Source: Candidatus Hydrogenedentota bacterium
Lineage (GTDB): Bacteria; Hydrogenedentota; Hydrogenedentia; Hydrogenedentales; JAEUWI01
DNA: 64,000 nucleotides
Reading direction: 5' to 3'
NCBI GenBank assembly: GCA_016182605.1
Contig: JACPGE010000046.1
Span: 7,769 to 71,768 of the forward strand
Shown: piece after piece, positions 19,179-28,185 of the stretch
Position numbering within the stretch: the first letter of the stretch is position 1
How the letters are laid out: each line of letters opens with the position of its first letter
Notes under the pieces: generated by a model
What the model was told of the DNA's origin: nothing
Databases searched by the model: none
The model's input: only the letters and a program-made list of their open reading frames with translations
Made by a program: the position numbers and the translations under genes

Positions 19179-20671
19179 AGAATGTCCTCGATGCTGTCGA
19201 AAAAAACATCGACGATCTCGGGATCGAAATGCTTCCCGCGCTCTTGCTTGAAAAGATCGAGAATGCGATCCAGCTCCCACGCTTCCTTGTAGACGCGCTT
19301 GACGCCAAGGGCATCGAAGACATCGGCGACACAGACGATGCGCCCGAAAATGTGGATGTCTTTGCCCTTGAGCCCCAGAGGGTAGCCGGATCCTTCAAAC
19401 TTCTCATGGTGCTGCTGGGCAATGATCGCGGCCGCCTGGAGAATACGGCCCTTGCTCACCTTGAGCATGTCGTAGCCCATCTGGGAGTGGGTTTTGATGA
19501 TCTCGAACTCTTCCGGTGTGAGTTTTCCGGGCTTGTTCAAAATAGCATCCGGTATGCCAACCTTGCCAACGTCATGCAGGGGCGAGGCCATGCGAAGCAC
19601 TTCTGCGTCAGCGAGGGAGAGCCCGCATTTGAGGGCAAGCACCTTCGAGTATTCCGCAACGCGTTTGACGTGGTAGCCGGTTTCCCGCGATCGCGTTTCG
19701 ACGATTTCGCCAAGGGTGAATACCATTTCGCGCTGCGCGTCTTCCACGTCGCGCAGAAGCCGCACGTTCTCCAGCGCGGCCGCCGCGTGATTGGCAACAA
19801 TGCTGAGTATCTTGAGATCGCGCTCCGTAAAGGTCGTGCCGTCGCGCTTTTCCGTTACATTGAGCACGGCAATAACGCGCGGAATCGCGGACTCCATAAT
19901 GTTCGTTTCGTCGATGGGTGAAGCCTTGCGCTCCAGAGGCACGGAAACGAAGGAGTTTTCGGTAAGCTGCCAGCTCATCTTGTCCACGGTCGGATTCGTG
20001 CGGATGTCCTGTACAAGCAAGGGCTGCACCTGCTTGGCGACCCAGCCGCTGATGGAGCTTTCCAGGTCGACCTTGGTGCGCAGTAGATTTTCGGGGAGAC
20101 CCGTGCAAGTGGCAAGTTCGAGCGTGCGCCCATCCGCAGACACAAGCATGAGCGATCCGCGCGTGGCCTGCACTTTTTCGAGCGCGGCGCCAAGCACGAA
20201 CTCGAGGAGTTTCTCCTCGCTCCGGATAGAGGCAATGCTCTCGCTGATATTGAAAAGTTCGGTGATTTCAAGAAGCCGCGCGTTTTCGTTGGAGAGACGG
20301 CTGCGTTCAAGAGCGTTGGAGACCGCCATCTTGATTTCACTGAGGTTGAACGGCTTGAGAACATAGTCATAGGCGCCTTCCTTGACCGCGGCGCGGGCGG
20401 TTTCCAGGGTGGCGTAGCCGGTCATGACGATGGGCACGAGGCTGGGCGCGACTTTCCGGGCCTCCCGAATCAGCTCGATACCATCCATCTCGGGCATCAT
20501 GATATCGGTGAAAAGCACCACAAACTTGTTGGTTTCGCGGATCATTTCAAGCGCTTTGCGCCCGTTTGGAGCAGAAAAAACGGTGAAGCCCTCGTCCGTA
20601 AGGATGTCGGACATCAACTCACGAATGACCACTTCATCATCGACAACAAGTATACAATCTTCTTTCGGCAT
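19139..20671 (-). CDS. Response regulator with receiver, GAF and HD-GYP domains (c-di-GMP phosphodiesterase type)
   Basis: ILVVDDE...DIMMPEMDG receiver, a central GAF-like region, then HDVGKVGIP, GKLTPEEFEIIKTH and HHEKFEGSGYPLGL (HD-GYP). Confidence 0.85.
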   Translation of the reverse strand: MPKEDCILVVDDEVVIRELMSDILTDEGFTVFSAPNGRKALEMIRETNKFVVLFTDIMMPEMDGIELIREARKVAPSLVPIVMTGYATLETARAAVKEGAYDYVLKPFNLSEIKMAVSNALERSRLSNENARLLEITELFNISESIASIRSEEKLLEFVLGAALEKVQATRGSLMLVSADGRTLELATCTGLPENLLRTKVDLESSISGWVAKQVQPLLVQDIRTNPTVDKMSWQLTENSFVSVPLERKASPIDETNIMESAIPRVIAVLNVTEKRDGTTFTERDLKILSIVANHAAAALENVRLLRDVEDAQREMVFTLGEIVETRSRETGYHVKRVAEYSKVLALKCGLSLADAEVLRMASPLHDVGKVGIPDAILNKPGKLTPEEFEIIKTHSQMGYDMLKVSKGRILQAAAIIAQQHHEKFEGSGYPLGLKGKDIHIFGRIVCVADVFDALGVKRVYKEAWELDRILDLFKQERGKHFDPEIVDVFFDSIEDILQIRTAFPEPLED

Positions 20672-20735
20672 AAAAGTCCCGGTAGGATTGGTCCGCGTTG
20701 CTGGATGATAGCACAAAGCGGCGCTTTGTCAATAT

Positions 20736-22115
20736 TTAATCTTTTTGCAGCCGCTTTCGCGCAGCCATCAAGGCGGCGCGCACACGCCGCGGAGCGGTCC
20801 CGCCAGGGTTGTCCCGCCGCTTCACAATGGCCTGCGGCGTGAGAAAGGTATACACATGCGGATCGAAATGCGGCGAGAAGCGCCGGAACTCTTCGATGCT
20901 GAGTTCCGGCAAGCTCTTGCCCTGGCGGGCGCAATGGAGCACCGCCTGGCCGACGATGCCATGGGCTTCCCGGAAGGGAACGCCGCGCGTAACGAGATAA
21001 TCGGCGAGATCGGTGGCCTCCATGAAGCCCTGGGTGCACGCCTGTGCAAGGCGTTCCGTGCGGAAGTGAATGGCGGGGATCATCCGAATGAATACTTCGA
21101 GGCAAAGCTGCACCGTGTCGCTTGCGTCGAACACCGGCTCTTTGTCTTCCTGAAGATCGCGGTTGTAGGTCAGCGGAAGACCCTTGAGCAGGGTGAGCAG
21201 CGCGTGGAGATCGCCATAGACACGGCCCGTCTTCCCGCGCACAAGTTCCGCGGCATCCGGGTTCTTCTTCTGCGGCATGATGCTCGATCCCGTGGTAAAA
21301 GCGTCGCCGATTTCAACAAAGCTGTAGGCGGAACTGGACCAGATAATGAGTTCTTCGCAAAACCGGGAGAGGTGCATCATGACCAGCGCGGCATCCGCGC
21401 AGAATTCAATGAGGTGATCGCGATCGGAAACCGCGTCCATGCTGTTCGCGCTGATCGCGTCGAAGCCGAGGGCCTTGGCGATGCGGTGGCGGTCGATGGG
21501 ATAGGGCGTGCCCGCGAGGGCCGCCGATCCCAGCGGCATGACGTTCGCCCGCTTGCGGAGCTGCGCGAAGCGGCTGCGATCGCGGTGGAACATTTCGACA
21601 TAGGCGTGCAGATGGTGCGCAAGAACGACGGGCTGCGCCTGCTGAAGGTGCGTGAATCCCGGCATGACCGTTTCGGTGTGCGGGTCCGCCGCGTCGAGCA
21701 GGGCGAGTTGGAGCCGGCCAAGCTGACCGAGGATCGTGTCGATCTGATCGCGAAGCCACAGCCGCACGTCGGTGGCAATCTGATCGTTCCGGCTCCGGCC
21801 CGTGTGGAGACGTTTGCCCGCGGCGCCGATCGTCTCGACGAGGAGGGATTCTATGTTGGTGTGGACGTCTTCGAGCTGCGCGTCCCATTGGATATCGTTG
21901 CAGGCCACGCGTTTCGCAATCGCCTTGAGCCCCTGAACGATCTTGCGGGCGTCGGCCTTGGCGATGACACCGCACGCCCCAAGCATGTCCGCGTGGGCAA
22001 TGCTCGCCGCAATGTCCCACGGGGCAAGCCGCGCGTCGAAAGACACGGATTCCCCCAAGTGTTCAACGACGGCGTCGGTCTTGCCTTCGAAACGGCCGCC
22101 CCAGAGTTTGCTCAT
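20736..22115 (-). CDS. argH: Argininosuccinate lyase
   Basis: MSKLWGGRFEG start, HTGRSRNDQ, and the GSSIMPQKKNPD signature. The upstream part of the 816-aa track ORF is non-coding read-through. Confidence 0.93.
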   Translation of the reverse strand: MSKLWGGRFEGKTDAVVEHLGESVSFDARLAPWDIAASIAHADMLGACGVIAKADARKIVQGLKAIAKRVACNDIQWDAQLEDVHTNIESLLVETIGAAGKRLHTGRSRNDQIATDVRLWLRDQIDTILGQLGRLQLALLDAADPHTETVMPGFTHLQQAQPVVLAHHLHAYVEMFHRDRSRFAQLRKRANVMPLGSAALAGTPYPIDRHRIAKALGFDAISANSMDAVSDRDHLIEFCADAALVMMHLSRFCEELIIWSSSAYSFVEIGDAFTTGSSIMPQKKNPDAAELVRGKTGRVYGDLHALLTLLKGLPLTYNRDLQEDKEPVFDASDTVQLCLEVFIRMIPAIHFRTERLAQACTQGFMEATDLADYLVTRGVPFREAHGIVGQAVLHCARQGKSLPELSIEEFRRFSPHFDPHVYTFLTPQAIVKRRDNPGGTAPRRVRAALMAARKRLQKD

Positions 22116-22286
22116 CGAAATGGGTCCTTCCACAAAAAATGACGGTGACACGCCACGCTTCGGGTGTGGCGTTGCTGCGGGAGGTATAATACCTGAAGCG
22201 GGCGGAAGCCCGCGAATTGTGCGCGGGGCGCCAAGGCAGGAACAGCGGCTTGACATGCTTCGTCGATCATCCGGAATATAAGCATC

Positions 22287-22898
22287 ATGAACGATTTCAT
22301 GCAGCAAGTGGAACGCTACCGGGACGAGTTTTACCGGTACGTCCGCCGCACCCTGTGGGATCCCGGGCTCTCGGAGGATGTGTTTTCGGATGCCCTGCTC
22401 GCAGCATGGGAGAACCGGCACAAGTTTCAGCCCGGAACAAATTTCCGCGCCTGGATGTACCGGATCCTGACGAACAAGTGTTATGTCGCAAACCGGAACA
22501 CGGGCCGGACGCCGCATCCGATCGACGAGGTGCCAGAGTCGAGTTTTGTAAGGCTGGACACGGAATGGGGCTACCGGGACGTGCTGGAAGATCCGGATCA
22601 CGTCCTGCAGCAATGCGACGGGGAAATCCACGACGCCTTCCAGCGGCTCTCGCCCTCCCAACGGAGTTGCCTGCTGCTGCGCAGTGTGGAGCGCTTCTCC
22701 TACAAGGAGATTGCGGAGATCCTGGAGATGCCCGTGGGCACCGTGATGACCCATCTTTCTCGCGGGCGCGCCAAGCTCCGATCGGATCTGCTGCTCTATG
22801 CGCGCCAGAAGGGCCTGGTGCGGCAGCGGCCGCGCATTCTGGAAGTGGAGCAGCCGGGTGAACGGGACATTGCAGCGGGGGGAGGCCAACATGGGTGA
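22287..22898 (+). CDS. ECF-type RNA polymerase sigma factor
   Basis: Region 2 with FRAWMYRILTN. Region 4 with SYKEIAEILEMPVGTVMTHLSRGRAKL. Confidence 0.85.
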   Translation: MNDFMQQVERYRDEFYRYVRRTLWDPGLSEDVFSDALLAAWENRHKFQPGTNFRAWMYRILTNKCYVANRNTGRTPHPIDEVPESSFVRLDTEWGYRDVLEDPDHVLQQCDGEIHDAFQRLSPSQRSCLLLRSVERFSYKEIAEILEMPVGTVMTHLSRGRAKLRSDLLLYARQKGLVRQRPRILEVEQPGERDIAAGGGQHG

Positions 22899-23691
22899 AC
22901 GGCTAGACAAAGACAAAATCTGGATGGCGAGCCTCGATGGCGAGTTGTCTGCCTCGGAATCGACCGCCTTCGAATCGGGTTTGGGCGAACGGGAAACCCT
23001 GCGGCTCCGCGCCGAGATGAAGCTGGAAACGGCGCTGGGCAATGCCCTGCAGCGGGGCGGGCAATGCCCTGTGGAGACCTGGAACCGCGTGTTGGCGCGT
23101 ATTGAAGGGCGCTCGGCGACCCGCGCCCCCCACTGGGCCGCTCCGCGTACGCTGACCTTCCTGCTGGTAGCGAGCATGGCCCTCATGGCGGGAAGCTATT
23201 GGTGGAATGCGGAGTACCTGACCCATACACCCCCGCAGAACCGCGGGCAGGCCTATCAATTCGGGCCCGGAAGCCCGATCATGGCCATCGGCGATTCCGA
23301 TGTCTCGGCTTTTGCGGCGCATGCAGAAACGGGCGCAACCCTGGAAGAGGCACGGGCCTTTCTGGCATCCCACAAGATCCAATTGCAACTGACGGATTTT
23401 TCGGAGGCCAATCCCGGGTCGCGGCATCGGGTGAAGCTCCTGGGCGCCTGCAAAGGTGTGTGCCCAAGCGGTTCGCTGGTCGAATTGATGTACTCCTGCT
23501 GCAATACCCCCGCAAAACTGGTAATTGCGCCGAGGAACTGCTCGGGCGAATCCCTGCTCCGCAAGGCGCTTGCACGGGGTGAAGTCCAGTATATGACTGA
23601 AGTCGGGGCCTTTCTCGTGGGGGTTGTCAGCCATCACGATGCCCACGAACTGGTGAACATGTTGAAACCTGTGCTGCCCTCCTTGGTCTAA
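22891..23691 (+). CDS. Putative anti-sigma factor (single-pass membrane protein)
   Basis: The ATG overlaps the sigma-gene stop by 8 nt. N-terminal zf-HC2-less anti-sigma-like helix (LDGELSASE), then TM segment LTFLLVASMALMAGSYWW. Confidence 0.5.
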   Translation: MGERLDKDKIWMASLDGELSASESTAFESGLGERETLRLRAEMKLETALGNALQRGGQCPVETWNRVLARIEGRSATRAPHWAAPRTLTFLLVASMALMAGSYWWNAEYLTHTPPQNRGQAYQFGPGSPIMAIGDSDVSAFAAHAETGATLEEARAFLASHKIQLQLTDFSEANPGSRHRVKLLGACKGVCPSGSLVELMYSCCNTPAKLVIAPRNCSGESLLRKALARGEVQYMTEVGAFLVGVVSHHDAHELVNMLKPVLPSLV

Positions 23692-24082
23692 TCGGCAAGA
23701 CTTCGGTCTTGACCCACAGGGTCTGCGGGATATGAGGGTTGTGCTTGGCTTTACTTTTTGATCGATTTCATGTAAGATATAGTCGTCTCGTGAATGCAGC
23801 AGCTCTACATACGCACCGCACCAAAATACGGCGTACGGAGTGTGGATGGCGTGGGCAGAGTGCCAGGATCCTTGGGTGCGCAGTGACGGGCGCCAAGGCG
23901 CCGAATCACGGAGACCCGATGGACCATAGTTCTCTGGTCAACCGCTGCAAGAACGGAGACGTTGAAATTATAGATTTAGTTTCCGTAGGTTTTTTCGAAG
24001 CCGTGGCAGGCCCCCACTTCCTCCCCCTCCCCCTTCACCTGTCACGGTTTCGTTTTTTTTGGCGCGGCTAAGAGGGCTTGCC

Positions 24083-24251
24083 GGGGACAGCCCCGAATGG
24101 CACTAACTTAAGGACATGGCTCGATGCATTGCCACGTAAAAACACGTGAATGGCATCAACAAACCGGACAAAGTAGGCCTTCGCTCGCCGAGCGTAGGCA
24201 TTTCCACACGAGCCAGCCGCACCACACTCTAACAATGACGTTCCAAACGTT
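24083..24251. repeat. MITE-like repeat element, truncated copy (left end and core only)
   Basis: ggggacagccccgaatggcactaacttaagg plus a core nearly identical to 13796-13935. No right TIR found. Confidence 0.6.
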
Positions 24252-24457
24252 ATTCTCGTTCCCACGGTCCCCCGTGGGAATGCCTAAATCGTGCAACGGA
24301 TCTTGTGGGGGACAGCCCGCAGGTAATTGGTGACGGGCGTGCGATGGTGGTGGCGGGAGTTGTGCTGGTTGGGGAGGATTGACATAATGATTTTTTACAT
24401 AGGTAGAGCGCGAAATTGCTGCGCGGTTTGGGAATTGGCTGAGAGGAACATTGCCTG

Positions 24458-26215
24458 ATGCGTGTCTTGGCACCGATGCATAGCTTGCGGAATCTGTGGC
24501 TGTGTTCCATCTTGGCGATGAGCCTTTCCGCGGGAGCGCAATTTCGCAATGCCGGCCCGTCCGTGGCATACAAGGCCATCGGGGAAACCACCGCCGTGGC
24601 CGCAGGCAGCGAAACCCGCGTCATCCTCGAATTCACCCTCGACGAGGGCTGGCACGTCAACAGCCACACGCCCCTGGATCAGTTCTTGATCCCCACGAAT
24701 GTGGAGCTGGATGCCGCGCCGGCGCTTACGGTGGAAGGGATCGTGTATCCCGAGCACAAAATGTTCACCATCGAGGCCACGGGCGAAACCCTGGCCGTAT
24801 ATGAGCGGATATTCAGCGTGGGGCTGGTGTTGAAGCTGGGCGATGCGGCGCCGCTGGGGGCGCAGGTGGTGCAGGGCACGCTGCGCTATCAGGCATGCAA
24901 CGACAAAACCTGCATGCCGCCCAAGTCGCTCGCCTTTGAAATCCCCTTGAACGTGGTCGCCGCGGGAACGCTCGTGGAATCGCAAGAAGCAGAACGCTTC
25001 GCCGCGATACCGTGGGACGCCGGCGCCGGAGCGGCATCGACGGCGGCGGCCCTGGCCGGCGCACTGGCCACACCGCCAGCGCCCGTGGAAAGCGCCACCC
25101 CGGCCGCGCCACAGGATTGGAAGTCGCTCGCGGACGAATTTACCGTGGCGGCAAGCAGCGCCTATGCGAGCGAGAGCGAATTTCTGGCCTTCATCGACGC
25201 CGCCGAATCGGGCAAGGCCCCGGCGGGCAATGCCCTGGAAGGTCAGGGCTGGCTGCTGGTGCTGCTTTCCGTGCTCGCAGGCGGGCTGCTCCTGAATCTG
25301 ACGCCCTGCGTCCTGCCACTGATTCCCATCAACATTGCCATCATCGGCGCGGGTGCCCGTTCCGGTTCGCGCCTGCGCGGCTTTGCGCTGGGCGGCGCCT
25401 ACGGCCTGGGCATCGCGCTGGTCTACGGCGCACTGGGGCTCGCCGTGGTGCTCGGAGTCTCAACGGCCTTCGGCGCCATCAACGCATCCCCCTGGTTCAA
25501 CTTCGGGATGGCGGCCCTCTTCGTCGTGCTCGGTCTCGCCATGTTCGATCTGATCCTCATCGACTTTTCAAAATACCAGACCAAACTGGGCATACGAAAG
25601 AACGAGAAAGGCAGTTTTGCCGTCGCCCTGACCATGGGCGCCATCTCCGCGCTGCTGGCAGGGGCCTGTGTGGCGCCCATCGTGATCTCGACCATCTTCT
25701 ACGCCCAAGACCAATACTCCCAAGGCTTCAAGGCCGCCCTCCTGCTGCCCTTCCTCCTCGGCGTGGGCATGGCGCTCCCGTGGCCCTTTGCGGGGGCGGG
25801 CCTGAGTTTTCTGCCGAAGCCAGGCATGTGGATGGTCCGCGTGAAGCAGGCCTTTGGGGTCTTTGTCCTGATCTTCGCGGCCTACTACGCGCACCTGGGT
25901 TACGGACTCTTGCGCCCCGTCGCGGTCACCGAGGCGCACGAGGGCTGGGTGAATTCGCTGGCGGAAGGCCTGGCCCAGGCGAAAGCCGAGCAGAAGCCGG
26001 TGCTGATCGATTTCTGGGCGACCTGGTGCAAAAACTGCATCGTGATGGACAAAACCGTGCTTTCGCAGCCCGCGGTGACCGCGAAGCTGGAGGGATACGT
26101 GAAGATCAAGTTCCAGGCCGAGAACCTGGAATCGCCGGAGATAGCGGCCGTCCTGGAGCGCTACGACATCATCGGGCTGCCGGGCTTTGTGATCCTGCAT
26201 CCGCCGAAGGCCTGA
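24458..26215 (+). CDS. dsbD: Thiol:disulfide interchange protein DsbD family
   Basis: N-terminal periplasmic domain with a Cys pair (YQACNDKTC), a TM core with LTPCVLPLIP, and a C-terminal thioredoxin motif FWATWCKNC. Confidence 0.85.
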   Translation: MRVLAPMHSLRNLWLCSILAMSLSAGAQFRNAGPSVAYKAIGETTAVAAGSETRVILEFTLDEGWHVNSHTPLDQFLIPTNVELDAAPALTVEGIVYPEHKMFTIEATGETLAVYERIFSVGLVLKLGDAAPLGAQVVQGTLRYQACNDKTCMPPKSLAFEIPLNVVAAGTLVESQEAERFAAIPWDAGAGAASTAAALAGALATPPAPVESATPAAPQDWKSLADEFTVAASSAYASESEFLAFIDAAESGKAPAGNALEGQGWLLVLLSVLAGGLLLNLTPCVLPLIPINIAIIGAGARSGSRLRGFALGGAYGLGIALVYGALGLAVVLGVSTAFGAINASPWFNFGMAALFVVLGLAMFDLILIDFSKYQTKLGIRKNEKGSFAVALTMGAISALLAGACVAPIVISTIFYAQDQYSQGFKAALLLPFLLGVGMALPWPFAGAGLSFLPKPGMWMVRVKQAFGVFVLIFAAYYAHLGYGLLRPVAVTEAHEGWVNSLAEGLAQAKAEQKPVLIDFWATWCKNCIVMDKTVLSQPAVTAKLEGYVKIKFQAENLESPEIAAVLERYDIIGLPGFVILHPPKA

Positions 26216-26672
26216 GCGGGCGGGATTCAGGATCGGGAAAGCCGGGCACGGAAGGGGGCGAACCGTTGGTGGGGTCTGCGCTGCTGCCTGGATCGTCCTT
26301 CACGGAAACAGCGGCCATATACGTTCCTGGCTTGTGCATTCGCAATGTGATCCGCATGCCCAAGGCACATGCGATCTCGGCAAGCGACTCCAGAGTGAAG
26401 TTCGCCGTTTCGTTCAAGACCCGTCCGACGTACTGCCGGCTCTTTCCCAGATGCTCCGCCAGTTCACTCTTGGAACGAATCCCACGATCCGCCATCGCGC
26501 CATAGATGTCTTCCACGAACTGGGTCTTCAGATACGCCGCCACAAATTCGGGGTCCAGTTCGTAGTCGATCGGCGTGCCGCCGATTTCCGCACGAAGTGC
26601 TTCGGCATCGGGGAAGTCCGCGAAATCCTCCAACACCGATCGGGGAATCTCCGGGGTGTCCATCTTGTTCAT
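26169..26672 (-). CDS. XRE-family helix-turn-helix protein (HigA-like antitoxin candidate)
   Basis: HTH segment SKSELAEHLGKSRQYVGRVLNE. Lies immediately downstream (4-nt gap) of a Gp49/HigB-like ORF. The 3' end overlaps the dsbD 3' end. Confidence 0.6.
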   Translation of the reverse strand: MNKMDTPEIPRSVLEDFADFPDAEALRAEIGGTPIDYELDPEFVAAYLKTQFVEDIYGAMADRGIRSKSELAEHLGKSRQYVGRVLNETANFTLESLAEIACALGMRITLRMHKPGTYMAAVSVKDDPGSSADPTNGSPPSVPGFPDPESRPLRPSADAGSQSPAAR

Positions 26673-26676
26673 GGCA

Positions 26677-27093
26677 TTAGTTCCCTTTCGATAGGTGGCC
26701 GCGCGACGTGAAATAGAGATCGCGCAATTCAGCGGCCTTGTCCATCGATGCGTTCTGTAGTTTCTTATGCGATTTCAGAAAGAGGTTCGTGCAAATCACG
26801 GCCTCGCCGGTATCCGGCGCGTAAAAAAAATAGAGACGAAGTTGACCGCCACGCATTTCGTAAATGCCCGGGTGCTTTGCAGACTGCTTCACGTGAATGG
26901 GGTTATGCACCCGGCGGTTTGTGGCCGCCGCTTCCATAACGCGCAACAGCTTCTTGAAATCGCTGGGGCACGCCTTCTCGTACGTCGAAAGGTCATGCAG
27001 TACCCGGCACTTGCCGGAAATGGAGAGCGCGCGGATGCGGTGTTCAATCTCCCAGACCGGCTTTACATAGATTATAGCTTCCAGTTGTACCAT
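26677..27093 (-). CDS. Gp49/HigB-like toxin candidate (RelE/ParE superfamily)
   Basis: 138-aa ORF. GIYEMRGGQLRLYFFY...VICTNLF resembles the phage-derived Gp49-like (DUF891) pattern. Toxin-first order with a downstream HTH gene. Confidence 0.5.
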   Translation of the reverse strand: MVQLEAIIYVKPVWEIEHRIRALSISGKCRVLHDLSTYEKACPSDFKKLLRVMEAAATNRRVHNPIHVKQSAKHPGIYEMRGGQLRLYFFYAPDTGEAVICTNLFLKSHKKLQNASMDKAAELRDLYFTSRGHLSKGN

Positions 27094-27310
27094 TTTGTCA
27101 ACTTTTAAGTTTGCATTTCGCTCAGAACACCCGCGCTACAAATTTTTATCATTATACGAACTTATGCTTGCCATTTACAGGGTCTTCGAATCGAGACCTT
27201 TGCCGTTCCTGACAATCGCAAACGGAACGAGCTTCCGGCTGCGTCTGGAATACAGCGTTCGCATGTCGAACTTGCGACGGCGGGTGTTCGTGCCGGGAGC
27301 GCAACTGGAC

Positions 27311-28081
27311 TTAAAACGGTTCGTCCAGGCGCTTGAGGGGGCTGCACGTGAGGATAGTGGCGCTTTCGGAGTGCTTGCGCACTTCGAGGTCGTCGCCCTG
27401 TTCAAGCGTGTAGAACTCGCCGCAACTGTCGTAGCCAAGCACGGCGGGTCCACGCGTGATCTGGACGCGCATAGTCACCTCTTCCGGCAGCACGAGATGG
27501 TCCACATGCTCGGAAGTGGACTTGAAAGCAATGCCGATGCCCTGGGTGAAAATGCCGCGTGTGAGGTGCTTGTAATAGGCGGTGCTCCCGAAGGGCGTGC
27601 ATACCACAAACCCATCGCCGAGAATCTCCACCCCGTCTTCGTAGGCGTCGCCGTTGATCCAGAGCTTGAAGCGCACCGCACTGTTGATGCGGCCCATGTG
27701 CACGCCGAACTCATTCAGGGCGACCAGGGGCTTGGAGACCGGGCCGCAATCCGCACAGTGAATCACGCCCTGAATCTTGGTGTACTGGTTGCTCAGCAGG
27801 TGGCCCTCGGCGAGCGCGTGAATGACCTGTCCCGGAGGGCTGGGAATACAGCGGTGGCCGCGGCGGGAGTTGAGGATAGGGACTTTGGGGATCCCCGGCC
27901 AGTGCCATTCCGCCGCGAGCAGAGTGCCATCGCCGCCGTAGCTCATGACGACATCCGGACTATCCGGGACGATTTCGAGGTTGGCGTAGCGCCGAACCTC
28001 GGCTTCGAGGGTGGAAGCCTCGGCGCCGAAAAGGAGGACCTTGATCGTCTTGAGTTCCACATTCGTTTCTACAACGGACAT
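27311..28081 (-). CDS. nadK: NAD(+) kinase
   Basis: SYGGDGTLL motif, NEFGVH and STAY-type C-terminal motif (PFGSTAYY). Confidence 0.85.
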   Translation of the reverse strand: MSVVETNVELKTIKVLLFGAEASTLEAEVRRYANLEIVPDSPDVVMSYGGDGTLLAAEWHWPGIPKVPILNSRRGHRCIPSPPGQVIHALAEGHLLSNQYTKIQGVIHCADCGPVSKPLVALNEFGVHMGRINSAVRFKLWINGDAYEDGVEILGDGFVVCTPFGSTAYYKHLTRGIFTQGIGIAFKSTSEHVDHLVLPEEVTMRVQITRGPAVLGYDSCGEFYTLEQGDDLEVRKHSESATILTCSPLKRLDEPF

Positions 28082-28185
28082 GCAGGACGGCCTTCATGGC
28101 GGCCACGCCAGTTGCGGCGGCCAGTTGAGCGGGGGTTGAACGGGTTCCGGCACAGCGCGATTACAGGAACCAGTATAGCACGAGC

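Noticed and set aside
22116-23186. Upstream extension of the argH ORF (816 aa in the track).
   Set aside because: ArgH begins at the canonical MSKLWGGRFEG (ATG at 22115). The extension is antisense to the ECF sigma and anti-sigma genes.
23692-24082. 110-aa ORF (23739-24071) and a possible ncRNA in the spacer after the anti-sigma gene.
   Set aside because: The ORF has no start context or motifs and poor coding character. I found no recognisable RNA family signature, so it is left unannotated.
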